From Psammoneis japonica (taxonomy: Eukaryota), in assembly GCA_008632985.1 (NCBI GenBank), contig QPGO01000208.1, forward strand, positions 1-64,000: DNA of 64,000 nucleotides. The letters are read 5' to 3'. Below the pieces are notes generated by a model. That model saw nothing but the letters and a program-made list of their open reading frames with translations. It was not told the DNA's origin and did no database searches. The position numbers and the translations under genes were made by a program. This document shows, one piece after another, positions 12,240-24,900 of the stretch (the stretch's first letter is position 1; each line of letters opens with the position of its first letter).

Positions 12240-14790
12240 TGGATGAATTTCCACCAGTGTGGCACACATGTTGACTGGAAGAAGATGATGGTGACTGCTC
12301 CTGAGTGCTCTGCAGAACAATGATGTGGTTGAGACCACATTGATCTGACAAGGGCCGGGTGACAATTTCATGGAGAGATGCAGCACACCACTTTTGCTTT
12401 GCTGCTGTTGAGTTGTGGGTGATTTCCTGGGTCAGGAACCACTGCAGGAGCAAACAAATGAAAGTCGTTAATGATGACACAAGTCAGGTGCACAATGCAT
12501 GCAGTTGCTTGCCAGTTGGAGCTGGGTCTTGTGCAGCATGATGTGCACTGCCTTGGTCAATTTGAGTGCTGTCACCAACCAAGACAATCTGAGCCTGATC
12601 TCAAGACAGAAACTGCCACTGAAACAACACACACTTTGTTTGGTGTCTCCACTTTCCACATGCTCTCAAGCTCTCTTTTGTGGGTTGCCATTCACTGCTC
12701 TCACCTTCAAGTCTGCTGTCAATTGCAGCATTTCCAAATGAAATGATTGCTGGCCAGTGTGCCAAGCCTTGCACCATGCCGTGCTGCTGAGGCTCAGAAG
12801 AAAACTGCTGCCTCTTGGCACAGTCAATGATGGTGCATTGAAGGCTGGCCATCTGTGCCTTGGTCAGTCTGTTGGCATGGACCACTTCAGTCATTCAATT
12901 GGCAACAACAGCAGTGCATTGTGGCTGTGTTTTTGTCAACCACCACATGCCTCTGCCCCTGAGCTCATCTGCACCAGGCACTGAGTTGGCTTCTCTGCAG
13001 TTGAGACAATGTGGGAAAAACAAGCATTTTGGAGCAGATGGCCGGTGGTCATGGCATCATCACGCACAGGAGCTTTTCACCAAAAACAGGTCATTCAAGA
13101 ACACAACCAGCTCATTTCTCACACATCTGGAAACACTCAGCAAGCACACCCGCCATTGTGGTGTCAATGCCCACCATCAGACTGGTGTGTCTGAGCACTC
13201 CATTTGGACACCAACGTGGCACACAACGATCCTTCACACATCCATGCATTGGTGCAGAGGCGTCGACAGCTTGCGGTGGCCTGTGGCAGTCAACTGTGCC
13301 ACCCAAATTTTCGACAATGCTCTGGTGTCAAATGGTCATCTCTGTCCTGCTGCTGACTTTTACACCATCCCATGCTGCTGTTTGCAGGGCTCGCATGCTT
13401 GGGACTGTCCAGTCTGTGTTTGGGTGCCCCAAGTTGCAACAGGGTCAGAAGCCACCATGCTGGCAGCCAAGACCCAAAGCATGGGCTTTTCCTTGCTTGG
13501 CCTCAGCCCAGTTCAATCCAGCAAGGTCCTGCCACTCCTCAACTTGAGCACTGGAGGGTCTGTCACTCTCCTCAGTTCCATGTGGTGTTTGAGCAACAAT
13601 CTCTTCTCTCAACAGTCACATCAATCAAGAGCAGGAAGAGTGAACCACCTGCACTCTGGGAAAAGATCTCTGTTTGGAGAGTGCCGCTCAGAGGCCATCA
13701 GATTTGCTGAAACTGTTCCTTTAAGATGGTTGGCTCACACCTGTGGATTTCAAGCAGAAAGAGCAACATGAGGAGTGGGAGCAATGCAAGACAGCAACCT
13801 GATCATGCACTCACATCCTCCATGTCACCAGCCCACAAATGCCAGCAGTGGGGGCAAGGCTGTCCACAGGTCAACCTGCATTCATGCCATCAACTGCCAG
13901 CAACTTGCCATTGATGCCACCTCAGGAACCACCATTTTGGCCTCCTCAAATCTCCAGCATCATGAGCAAATTGGCTGTTGACACTCCCATCATCCACCAT
14001 TTGCTGTGTGTCTGCAACCTCCTTCAGGCAAAGAAAGAGCAAGGCTCAGGAGACACTTTAGTCCCAAGCCCCACTGTCCCAGTGAGAGCCCCACCTGTGG
14101 CTGCAAACAGCCCATGTGTTGCTCACAAACAGAGGGCAAGGGAACATGCACATCAACCCATTTTGCAGACGAAGCCCATCTGTCCTCAGTTGAGGAGCTG
14201 CCCAGTGCTGCTGAAGGACAAAATGCCCTGCTTGCTCACCTTGCTGAGAACCAGACCTGCCATGACAGTGGTGTGTTGGACACCGAAGCTTCTCACATCT
14301 CTGAGCTGCCAAAAGACCAAGAACAATGGCAACATGCCAAAACCATGCAAGAAGCTCTCATGGGCAAGTTTGCAGAGCAGTGCTTGGGGGACAAAGACAG
14401 AGATTTCTGCACACTGAGTGCTGGCTTCGAGAAGGTTGGACAACTTGCCAAGTTGATGCCATTCAAGTGCTTTTGCACTGGCCAAGATCACCAAAGATGT
14501 CAGTGCAGACAATCCAAAGTCTTTTGGCCCCAGCTCTCTGGTTCCAACATGCTGCACTCAAGCTGCTCAAGACCATCTGTTTGTTGAAACAATCCCTAAA
14601 ATGCATCTTAGAGAAGCTGTGCAATGTGGGCTTGAGCAAGGCTGAGAGACTCAGTCCAAAGCAGGCCATTGCATTTGTTCTTCAACAAGGATGGCATGAT
14701 TTGTGCTGTGTGTGTTGATGACACTGTTCTTGCTGGCAAGGATGGAGATGCTCCAGAGTGCAACATTCAAGCTCTGGGAACACAAAGTTC
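12240..14790 (+). mobile_element. Ty1/copia LTR-retrotransposon pol relic, copy A (integrase + partial RT)
   Basis: Degenerate motifs in copia order: GQSVGMDHF, CGCVFVNH, HCGVNAHHQTGVSEHSIWT, HAWDCPVCV..PKLQQGQKPPCWQPR, GLSPVQSSKVLPLLNLSTG, WTTCQVD, KLLKTICLLKQS, MICAVCVDDT (=YVDD). Many frameshifts. Confidence 0.9.
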
Positions 14791-14794
14791 AACA

Positions 14795-15078
14795 TGTTCT
14801 CTGTGCTCATCCAGAAGTGGTGGTTTGACCAAAGGCCCAAAGCAAAAAAGTGAGGCACGGCAGCTGGCTCCAGCTCTGTGTGTGAAAACAACAATTGCAC
14901 ACCTTGTGTGACACTTGAAAATTGAAATTTGAAATGAATGTTTTCAACCAAGGAAAGTGCAGTGAAAATTTGTTGTGCTGCCACTCCTCTGTGGTGCACA
15001 CACTTGTTGCTTTTGTTGAATTTCTCAATTGAAGGACCAGTTTGTAAAGATTTGAATTTTCAAATGTTAAAAAGCAGA
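14795..15078 (+). repeat. Dispersed repeat; diverged second copy at ~24055-24305
   Basis: Shared colinear blocks GGTGGTTTGACC…CAGCTGG…CTTGTGTGA…TGAAAATTGA…CTTGTTGCTTTTGTTGAA…GGACCAGTTTG…AATTTTCAAATGTT. Confidence 0.75.
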
Positions 15079-15299
15079 GGTGTCATGTGCCACAGAGTTG
15101 AGAAGCTTGATGTTGGCTTTGCCATGGCTGGCCAGCAGTGCCCTGGTGCAAAGCTGTCAACCACGATGGCTCATGAAGACATGCTGCTGAGCTGACAGCT
15201 TTGCTCAATGACAAGAGAGAAGTTTCACCAAGGCAAAAGTGATGAGGTCCACAGCCAAGTGCCAAGCTTTCTGCCCAGTTCACAGAGTTGTGCCAGCAT

Positions 15300-17960
15300 G
15301 CCCAATGCCCCCACACAGCTGGTGGCACTTTGGCTGACAAGAGTTGGGCAACATTTTGGTGAAGAGATGCACAGCACACCTTGCTGTGCTGTCTCAAGTG
15401 GCAGGCAACTGAGCTCTAGAGAGTCAACAACCATCTCAGGAGCAAACAAATGAAAGTTGTTGACATCCCAAGTTAGATGCAACAAATGCAGTCACTGGCC
15501 AGTTGGTGCTCTGCCCAGGCCCATTTTTGAGTCTTGTCTCCAACCCAGACAATCTGAGAAGAACTTGACCTCAGGATGGAAACTGCCATTGGAGCGGCAT
15601 GCTTGGTTTGGGCATTTCCACTTTCAACACATTCAAGCTCTCCTTCATGAGTTGATGCCACCACCCACTGTTCTCAAGTTCAACTCTGCCACCAAATGTG
15701 CAAGCAACACCCCCAAATTCATTGCCTCAGAGTGCACCAAGCCTTGTCACCATTCTGCCAAGGCTGAGAAGAAGACTGCTGCCCCTGAGTGCAGTCAATG
15801 ATGGTGCATTGAAGGCTGGCCACATGTGCCTTGGCCAGTCTCTTGGCATGCATGGATCACCTCAAATTGCGCCTCTGAAGGGTTGCACATCTGTCATTGA
15901 GTTTGCAAAAACAGCAGTGCATTGTGGCTGTGTTTTTGTCAACCACCGCGTGCCTTTGTCTGAGCTCTCATCTGCATCAGGCATCAAGTTGGCTTCTCTG
16001 CAGTTGAGACAATGTGGGCAAGACAAGCATTTTTGAGCAGATGGTCAGACTCACAGCATCATCATGCAGGAGCACCTCACCAAAAATGGGTCAGCCAAGG
16101 AGACAGTCAGTTCATTTCCCACATCTGGAACACTCAGCAGCACACCCACCATTGTGGTGTTGATGTCCACCATCAGAATGGCGAGACTGAGGGCTCTGTT
16201 TGGCCCATCTCTCATGTGGCATGTCCTTCACACATCCCTTTGTTGGTGCAGAGGCATCAGAAGCATCTTGTTCTGGCCTGCCTGTGGCCTGTGTCAGTCT
16301 GCTGTGCTGCCACCCAAATTCACAACAATGCTCCAGGGTCAAATGGTTGTCGCCCCATCATGCTGCTGACATTTGTGCTGGATCTGCCATCCCATGCTGC
16401 TGCTTGCAAGATTTGCCTGCTGCTTGGGGCTGTCCAGCCTGTGTTTGGATCCCAAGTTGCAACAGGGTCAGAAGCTGCCACAAGTTGACAGACAACATGA
16501 AGGCACAAGTTTTGCTGGGCTTCAGCTCAGCTCATTCTAGCAAGGTCCCACTGGCCCTGAACTTGAGCACTGGGTCCACAGCTCTCCAGCTCCATGTGGT
16601 GTTTGATGATTCATCTCAACAGCCACACTGGTTGAGAGGGACAGGCAGGGAGCTGCTTTCAGCAGCACATGGGGAAGATCTCAGTTTGGAGATTGCCGCT
16701 CAGATGCCATCAGATTTGAGCAACAAGCAAACTCTTCCTCCAAGATGATTGACTTGCCCCTGTGGAACTCAAAAAGAGTGGCAGCAACATGAGAGAATGG
16801 AAGCACCACATTGGAGATGCAAGGCAGCAACCTCTGACTGTGCACCCTTTTTCCTCCACATCACAAAATCCAGCAGCAGGGCCAAGGCCATCCACATGTC
16901 AACCTGCATCTGTGCATCAACTGCTGCCAGCAACTTGCCATTGACACTGCCTCAGGAACTGCTGTCACAGTCTCCTCAAACCTCCAGTCCATCAACAAGT
17001 GAGCTGGCTCTTGACACTCCATCATCTTCCACCTCCTCCTTCAAGTGGAGAGGCCCAGGACACTTCAGTCCTGTGCCCCACTGTGCCAGTGAGTCCGCCA
17101 CCTGTGCGGGTGAACAACAGCCTGTGCACTGCTCACAAACAAAGGTCAAGGGATCACACACATCAGCTCATTTGCAGATGAAGCTCATTTGTCCCCTCAG
17201 CTGAGCTGTCTCATGCCAGAGGACAAAAAATGCCCACCTTGCTGAGATCCAGAGCTGCCATGACAGTGGTGTGTTGTGGACATTCAAGACTCTCATGTCT
17301 GAGCTGCCAAAACCAAGAACAATCATGATGACATGACAAACATGCAAGAAGCTCTAAGGGCAAGTTTGCAGAGCAATGCACTGGGGCCATGAAGACAGAG
17401 GTTTTTGCATTGGTGGTCCATTGCCAAACATGGCCATGCAACAAGTCCATGAATGTGCTGTGAAATTAATGTGGGCTTTCAAGTTGAAGCATCTGCCTGA
17501 CAGAACTTGGCTGAAATTTGACAAGGCACAATTTTTTTTTGCGATGAGAGGGGGTCAATTGCTTCAAGGCTTGTGCTGCAGCAGTCCAGTGGCTGACCAT
17601 TTGTCTGTTGTTTTGAGAGAGCCATGCTTTGAGCTTCAAGAATGTTGGATGACTTGCCAAGTTGACCATCCAAACACTTTTGCACAAGCCAAAAACACCA
17701 AAGAGATGTCCACACAGACCCTCCAAAGTGTTTTGGCCCCAGCTCTCTGGCTTTAACACACACTCTCAAGCTGCTCAAAACTCTCTGTGAGTTGTTGAAA
17801 AGCACAGCTGTCATGCTTGTTGTGTGCCATGTAGTTGAGAGGCTTGAGCATGGCTTTGCCCAGCATCACCCTCCAAAGCTGTCAACCCTCTTGTGTCACA
17901 ATGACATGAGCTGAAGACTTTGCTTGATGTGAGAAGTTTGACCATGAGGCAAAGTGATTG
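15300..17960 (+). mobile_element. Ty1/copia pol relic, copy B, tandem to and homologous with copy A
   Basis: GAG-pre-integrase-like NLTSGWKLPLERHAWFGHFHFQHIQALL, HCGVDVHHQNGETE, LGFSSAHSSKVPLALNLSTGS…HVVFDD, WAFKLKHLPDRT, QVDHPNTFAQA, KLLKTLC. DNA similarity to copy A (CAGTCAATGATGGTGCATTGAAGGCTGGCCA at ~12821 and ~15792). Confidence 0.9.
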
Positions 17961-18089
17961 GATCACTAAAAGCAGTGCATTGAGGCTTTGACAATCCCAA
18001 GCTTGCAAGGGCAAGGGCAAATGCCATGGAAAAAGGGAGTGATCACACTGCTTTCCCCAGATTGCCTTGTCCTTCTCCAACACTGTGTC

Positions 18090-18420
18090 TCCCAAGGATG
18101 CTCCAGCTCCACTGCTTGCTCTCCCATCCTAAAAACACCAATGCCTGCACCTCAGGTCCAAACATTTTTCCAGTGCACTCACCAATCTTCTTCATGGTTT
18201 CTGTGCAACCATTTGCCTGTTGTCCCAACTCAGCAATGGCAGCATGCACCCACTCCTTCAACTCTTTTGCACCCCTGTGCTCAGCCACATCTTTGCCCAT
18301 TGTGCTGACCCAACACAACCTAAACTGCACCCTCCTTTTGCAGACCCTTGTGAGCACACTGCAACAAGGTCCCTGGAAATTGTTTGCACCACTCTTTCCA
18401 TGAAACCTCCAGCTGCACTG
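18090..18420 (-). mobile_element. Possible copia gag N-terminal relic
   Basis: NNFQG…QQANGCTETMKKIGECTGKMFG resembles, from memory, the diatom copia gag pattern QA..YT.T.K.I.EY.G if Cys is read back to Tyr. Confidence 0.3.
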
Positions 18421-20623
18421 CAACAAGGCTCTCCAGAGACTTTTCTGCCACCACACTTTCAGTGGACCCTCCAGCTGCACTGTGCTCTTTTTGGTGATGT
18501 CCACTGCTTGCCAATGGAGTGATGTCTCGCCAAACCCCTCAAGTGTCATGCCAGAACTTTTCAACTTCTGTTTTGGAGCTTGACAGCTTGCTGACAGGCT
18601 GACATTTGGTCTTGCTGAACTCCCAACTCACTGCATGGCTTGCAAGCATGTTGCCATTGCCGTTGTTGCCACAACTGCCATGCTGACCACCAGGTGCAGA
18701 AGCCCAAGAGTGGGAACAAGACCTGCCATTCATCAGAAGGAATGAACACATCTTTGCCATGTCATTTGCCTCTGTCAGCACATCCAACACTGCAGCACAG
18801 TCTGTCTGTTCTTGCAAAATTGCCTCTGACCCTGACGTTCCAACACAAATCCTTTAAGAGGGCATTGTGTGGCAGTGTCCACTGTCAAAAAATTGTTTTG
18901 TTGCACCCAGTCCTGCAGAGAGAAAGTGACAAATGTGTCAACAAGTTGCAGGTGTGGTGCTGTTGTCATCTCTTGCTGCTGGCACCAGATGCTGTGATGA
19001 ACTCAGCTTGGCAGAATGAGACTAACACTGAGGGGGTTTGCACACACAAGTTGTTGACACACAATGGCATTGCTGGCGAAAACAAGAAAGGAAGACCCTG
19101 AGATGCAGCAATCAAAATGACAAATGTCAGCAGCCCAGTCAGAAGCCTTGTGTCCAGTTTGGAAACAATCAACCTTTGGCTCACTCAATTGTGAGGCACT
19201 GTCGTTCTCATGGGATGCACAGCAGAACATGAGAAAATGCAACATCAGCAAAAAGAGTGAACCCAGTCAGCACATGAGTGGTCTGGCTGTGGCTTGCCAG
19301 AATCAGCGTGCTGCAATTTCTTGTCCACCACTGACCTCTCAACAGAGAGCCCTTGATTTCAGACACATGACAAACAATGAGCTTTGTTGGAAGCTGCTGT
19401 GCATCTGCAAAAACACCAGTTTTTTGCCAAAAGCAACATGCACTGCAGGACACACAACCACAACACTGTTGACCACATGGCTCTCCAGGTGTGTTCTCTG
19501 CTGAAAGCACATGGCCAACGGGCCAATGTGGTGTTTTTTAGTGCTCTGCCCCATGCACCACAAGCAAGAAGTGCAATGAGAAAGTCAACCAAGAAGGGAC
19601 TTGACACAAGCTTGTCACCGAAGTCACACTTTTGCAAAAAACACCAGCTGTTTTTTTGCACATTGCGAGAACAATTGCACCCAAGAGAGAAGAGGCACAA
19701 AATAAAGACAAGTGGCAGCTTCACTGTGTTGTTCTGAGCCAGTTTGAATTGCAGTGGAATTGCAAGATAGAAAGCCAGTGAAATGTGCCCATCTTGGGAG
19801 GTGAGATGTGTGTTGCATCAAATTGGCATGCCAGGGCACACACAGCAGACAAACTGGAGAACAGAATCATCTTCATGTGTTGAAGCTTGCTGCAAAAATG
19901 GACCTGGCCAGTTGGTTTTATTTGGAGCAGATGTTGCACCAAAAATCTTCACATGGTGGGCAGAGGCATTGTTTTTGAGCTCAATCAATGCCCACAAGGC
20001 ACTCTGCTCAACATGGTCCAGATCGGGTCACATCACACTTCTGATTGCCAAAAAAGCTTCGCCCACCTTGTCATCCCCTCAAGCAGATGCAACAATGTCC
20101 TCTGCATGTTGTTGTGAACAAAGAAAGGCTTGGTGTGGAGTGCAGTTGAGTTAAAGGAAAGAGCCTTTCCCAATGCCATCCTGACAGACGAGGTGTTCCA
20201 TGCCAAAGAGATGCAGCAGGACACATCCACCCACCACAGAAATGCATCAAATGATGAACTGCTGCACATGTGGACAACATCCAAGTCACGTGGCACACAC
20301 ACACCCATGGGCTGGTTCAGGCATGTGTGCACCTGTGAGGTGCAAGCAGAAAACATGTAAAATCACTGCTGAGTTGGCTCAACAGGCAGCAGATTTTTTC
20401 TCAAACACAGAATCACGCAAGTTCCTGAGGCTTTCACATGTCATATTCAAAAATGTGTACTATAATTTTTATAAGAATACAACAAAAGAATGAACGGGAT
20501 TTTGGAGGAGAATGGTTGTACTGTAACTTGCAGAATCGAAGAAGATAGATGTGTACCGTACTGTACGTAGAGAATGGAGAGCACGAAGTGGGCAGGAATC
20601 CGATGTATCTACCGACGCATGTT

Positions 20624-22639
20624 TCAAGACCAGAAACCGACAGGGAAATTGAAGCTATTGGCGGTGGAAGGTGCACAGTCTGTCATGTAGATGTCGCGAG
20701 CCGCCGGGTTGTAAAACATGCACCACGCAGTGCTAAGTTCGGATTTGACCTGCTTTGTGGATGGGATGTAACTCCATTGCTGTTTGTTTGTTAAGCCGCC
20801 ACAGTCTGCCATCTCAACGTTATTCACTCTGCTATTGTTCTCATCGCCCCAGAACAGGTCTATAAACAAAAATCGGTTGGCGAGGGAATCGGCGCAATCT
20901 GTCATGTAGACGTTGCCATGGGAAGGGTTGTAGTAGAGACACCAATTACTGTGGTGCTTGGACTTGACTTTGTCGCTTGGTCGGTCGTAATACCATTGCT
21001 GCTTGTCTAAACCACTGACGCAGGGCTTCATACGTACATCATTTTCCGCCCCAGTATCCCATTGAAGGCAGTAATCCTCCATCGATCTGCTCCTGATTTG
21101 CTGTGTCGGGGGAAGGAAGTAAAAGTTTTGGCTACCGAAACCATTTTGACATTCACCCATAAAAATATTCTTGTTGTCTGTATCGATTTCCATGCATTTA
21201 CTGTAATCATACTCAACGCGAATGCTACCAATAGCGTATCGATTGCTCCAGAATAGGACATGCGACCAGTGGTAGTCCCTGAGCAAGTTTGCGAAGTTTC
21301 TCACAAAGAACTGATAGTAATTGACACCCAAAACGTAAGCGAACATGTCCAAAAGAGCCCCGCCTGATGTGCCTGGTGTAAGGTCGCATTTGTAGCCCAC
21401 TGCAGTACCAATTTCAGGGTTGTAGGTTAAAGGACAGGTGCCCGATGACCACATCTCGGCCAGTTCATTAGCATCGACGTCAATTTTGTCTCCCGGATAA
21501 CCCGTAACGGAAGAAGTCTGCAACAAGGGTGTATTGACGGTGGTATAGCGTAAACCTGCGTATCCGAGGTCATCACCAATGTTCCGACCACCCTTTGGCT
21601 TTAGCGTAATCACGGCCATATCCCATATCCCTCCAAACGGCTCCTCAGAATTGACCCATTGGGGGTATGTATCAATGTAGTCTGCCTCATACATCCCAAA
21701 CGGCTTATAGGCTGCTCCATTGTCTTCTTGAGTGAGGCCCGGAAAAAATCCATTAACTTTGCGATACTCATTGAGTTTTGTATCATAAATACAATGTGCG
21801 GCAGTGAGAACGGAGGTCGGCGACACGATGGTACCGGTGCAAAAACAGTTTGCTTGCCCATTTTGACATTCTGTGTCGATAAATCCGATGATACTGTAGG
21901 GCCAAGTGGTCGTGGAGGGAATCTTGAACCTGTCGTCGTTCCCGAAAATAAGGAGGCTTCGCTCATCGTTTCCTGCATCTGCATTATCGCCCACCAATCT
22001 GCGACCTAATGAGCGACCTTCGGGGACGAACATTCTGAATTCGAGTGGAGACGTACTCGTCACCTGCACTTGTAATGCGAATAGCTCCCACCGGTTCACG
22101 GTCTCGGTTTGTGCGAAACTCAGGCTCGTCGCCAAAATCCGGCTCTCTAGCCGCTGCGTTCGAAAAGGCACGCCTCCCCACGTATTTGAAGTTTTGGTCC
22201 TTGAACCGATTCATCACATCCTTGGAGACCATGCCGCTGCCTACAAAGGGAGTCTTGCGATAACCAGTGCACACGCCAGAGTCTTTTATACTGACACCTT
22301 GGCATTCGGCAAGGCATCTGTTTGCGTACGTGGTTTCATCATTTCCGCACACCGGTGCACCGCTCCGAGCCACGTCCAAATCACAGCCCTGCTGGCAGTT
22401 AAAGTTGGACAATCTTCGCTGTACGTCTCCGTCGGCATTGCTCTGATTGCAGGAGTATGAAAAAGCAGAGAGAACGTTTATTGAGAAAAGGCGTGTGAGG
22501 CAAAAACCAAAAGTAAAGAGCCACAAAAACTCACGCCTCGAATCATTTCCGCCGCTGATATACTGCCGACAACAAACACCACATCCAAAAGTACGGTTGT
22601 GGTGTAGCCCACAAGCAATGCTGAAGAAACACACTTCAT
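20624..22639 (-). CDS. Secreted Kazal + trypsin-like (glutamyl-endopeptidase-type) serine protease + ricin-B lectin repeats
   Basis: Exon 1 22639-22535 (signal peptide), GTGAGT…ATCAG intron 22534-22443; Kazal [18 protein letters not shown]; catalytic triad TAAHC / WDMAV / PGTSGG; ricin repeats C…KQQWYY. A frame change near 22000-22056 needs a 1-nt frameshift or a 58-nt GTACGT…GCAG intron (22056-21999). Confidence 0.85.
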
Positions 22640-22721
22640 TTCGCTGCTTTGAAAATTGTGGAAGCCTCGACGAGTTATAGCACAAGAGAGCAACGAAACG
22701 CCCATGCTCTGGTGACAACAT

Positions 22722-22965
22722 TCCCGCAACAGATCAATCGTATTCGTGACAGAAACGTCCATCAGCAAATCACATTTTAGCAGACATGAGAGCTGACCAA
22801 TCAGTTTCATTTTTTTCGCAACAGTTCAATCGCGTTCGTGACAAAAACGTCCATCAGCAAATCACATCGTAGCAGATATGAGAGCTGACCAATCAGTTTC
22901 ATTTTTCCCCGCAACCGAGTCAATCGCATTCGTGACAGAAACGCCGCCGTCAGAAAATCAGTTTC
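22722..22965 (+). repeat. ~93-bp tandem repeat (2.5 copies) upstream of the protease gene; each full copy has a CCAAT-box-like TGACCAATCAG
   Basis: CAATCG.. TTCGTGACA at 22735, 22827 and 22921; TGACCAATCAG at ~22794 and ~22886. Confidence 0.85.
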
Positions 22966-24900
22966 AAGTTCCTTGCCACCAGCTATGGCAGCTTGCAGCT
23001 AAAGCAGTCTCTGATGCGGCCGGCATGCGGGCGGGAGCTGTCTTCATTTTTTCCGCAACCTGTCGCCTGTCGCGCGTCCGCGGAGAGCGCTCAGCTAAAG
23101 AACAGGAGAGCGGAAGTGGTCCAAAGTTGTTTTGCAGGGCACTGCATGTGGCAGGCAGGCATGACAACACGCTCCTGACAGAAGATCAAATTGAAAGATC
23201 CAGCGGGCAAGCTCTCAAGCAAGGAAACAGCATCATGCATCATCAGTGGGACACACATCATTGCAAACAAGATGTGATTGTTCTGAAAACCAGAGCTCGC
23301 CTTCCTCAAACTCTTTGTGTTGCAGTTGGTTGCAAATCACGTGACGGTGGCGCAACACAGGAAATCAGAGTGGTGGCTCACCATTCCAATCAGCCGTGGT
23401 CAATGGTGCATGTTCCACCCACATGCATCTTGGGGGCAAACTTGTTGAAGATCATTGCCAGCGGTGCTTGTCAAGTTGAGAGAGTGTCATCTCTTTGAGA
23501 GTGTGGCTGGCAACATGGCACGGTCCAGCCAGATTTCAGCATGTCTTTGTGTGGCCAATGTTGACGATCTTTCTCTGATGGGGAGGTGAAGGGCATGGCA
23601 TTGTGCTGCCAGCCAGTGCAAGTGTGTTGTGCCTTCGAGACCCCAGGTTTCTGCTGGAGACAGCAGCCCAAGCTCGTGATGCACAGCAAACACACAAGAG
23701 TGGGCCATTGCACCAATCTCACAGCCAAATTCTGTTACAACAACAACATGGCACAACCGTTCAAAAAGTTTTGGTGTGCAAATGTGAAAAAGTTGCTCAA
23801 TCTGAGTGACTGTGATTTGTTCAGAACAAAAACAACAGCCCGCACACCTCCTTTGAATGCCACAATTTTCCAAACTGCTCATCAGTCGTTGGGGCAATTG
23901 TCTGTGGAGCATGGCAGTGATCTTCAAGATTTGTTGGTCAACTCAAGCTTGGCAGGGATGCAAGGGCCTCCTCTCTGGCAAATGGAAGGATCCAGTTTGG
24001 TGGTGGTTTGTCGGCGGTGTGTGAGCGATTCAGCTCCACAACTGACTCTCTGCACTTTCATCAAGAATGGCGGTGGTTTGACCACAGCAATGGCAGGGCA
24101 TGGCAGCTGGTTCCAAATTCACATGAACCAACATTGTGCAACTTGTGTGATGTTGTTTGAAAATTGACATCTTTTTCAAACACCGCAGCAAAAAATCTTT
24201 GTGTCACTCTGCAGGAGTGCACGCAGCTTGTTGCTTTTGTTGAACTTCTTGTCATTGGAGGACCAGTTTGCAGAAAATGTCAATTTTCAAATGTTGAAAA
24301 GTGCAACTGTCATGGCTGCATTTCAAGCGCCACATGGCTGACAAGCTTGAAGAAGCTGTTGGCTTTGTGTTTTGCGCACACATCGTTGACAGAGACACCA
24401 AAAGCAAACACTGGTGGACATTTTGGCACACTGGAGAAGATGCATTTGTGATGCAGCAGTGCAGTCAAGAGAGTGTTTGGGCAAATTTCTTGTTGGTGTG
24501 AGGCTCATCTCCAGCGGCGCTCTCATGGAGCAGAAATCCTTTGCACAGCTTGAGCGAGAGAGGTTTTGTTCTCTGTGGGAGCTCTCACACACTGCTTCTG
24601 TTGTCCAAGGAGACAATTTTGAATGTGATCAACTCATTTTCCTGCTGTGTTCCCACTTTCTAAGATGTCATGATGTTGCTCATGCTTGGTGGCTGCCTGG
24701 CGGGGGTTTCCCGGCTCCCTTCTTTTGCACCCCGTGTGTGCCACAGACTGTCGCTTCATCAACTGCTTGCTTTCAACTTGTCCTCTGCAATTGTTTTGAA
24801 ACCGATGCTTTTTAACATTTAACACACTGCAACACATGTTTCTCTCATGCGTCTCTCTGTCTCTTGCTGCACTGAGCCTCCTCGCATCTCCATAAAACAC
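22900..24900. other. Hypermutated block 2 (TpA-depleted throughout, CpG-depleted in the core)
   Basis: Same dinucleotide signature; contains the dispersed repeat shared with 14.8-15.1 kb. Confidence 0.8.

Larger units (their letters stand above)
10400..20440. other. Hypermutated block 1 (CpG- and TpA-depleted transposon graveyard)
   Basis: Near absence of CG and TA with excess CA/TG; ORFs are nearly Tyr-free and Cys/His-rich; abrupt return of TA at ~20440 (TCATATTC…TGTACTATAA). Confidence 0.9.

Noticed and set aside
12240..17960. ADAR/APOBEC editing of retroelement RNA or cDNA
   Set aside because: Both A->G and T->C occur on the same strand, and non-retroelement relics (TPR, FG-GAP) are affected too.
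12000..18000. LTRs, PBS or TSD for the copia relics
   Set aside because: No convincing terminal direct repeats could be identified by eye.
10400..20440. Classical fungal RIP as the cause of the skew
   Set aside because: RIP converts CpA to TpA and raises TA; here TA is lost and CA/TG gained.
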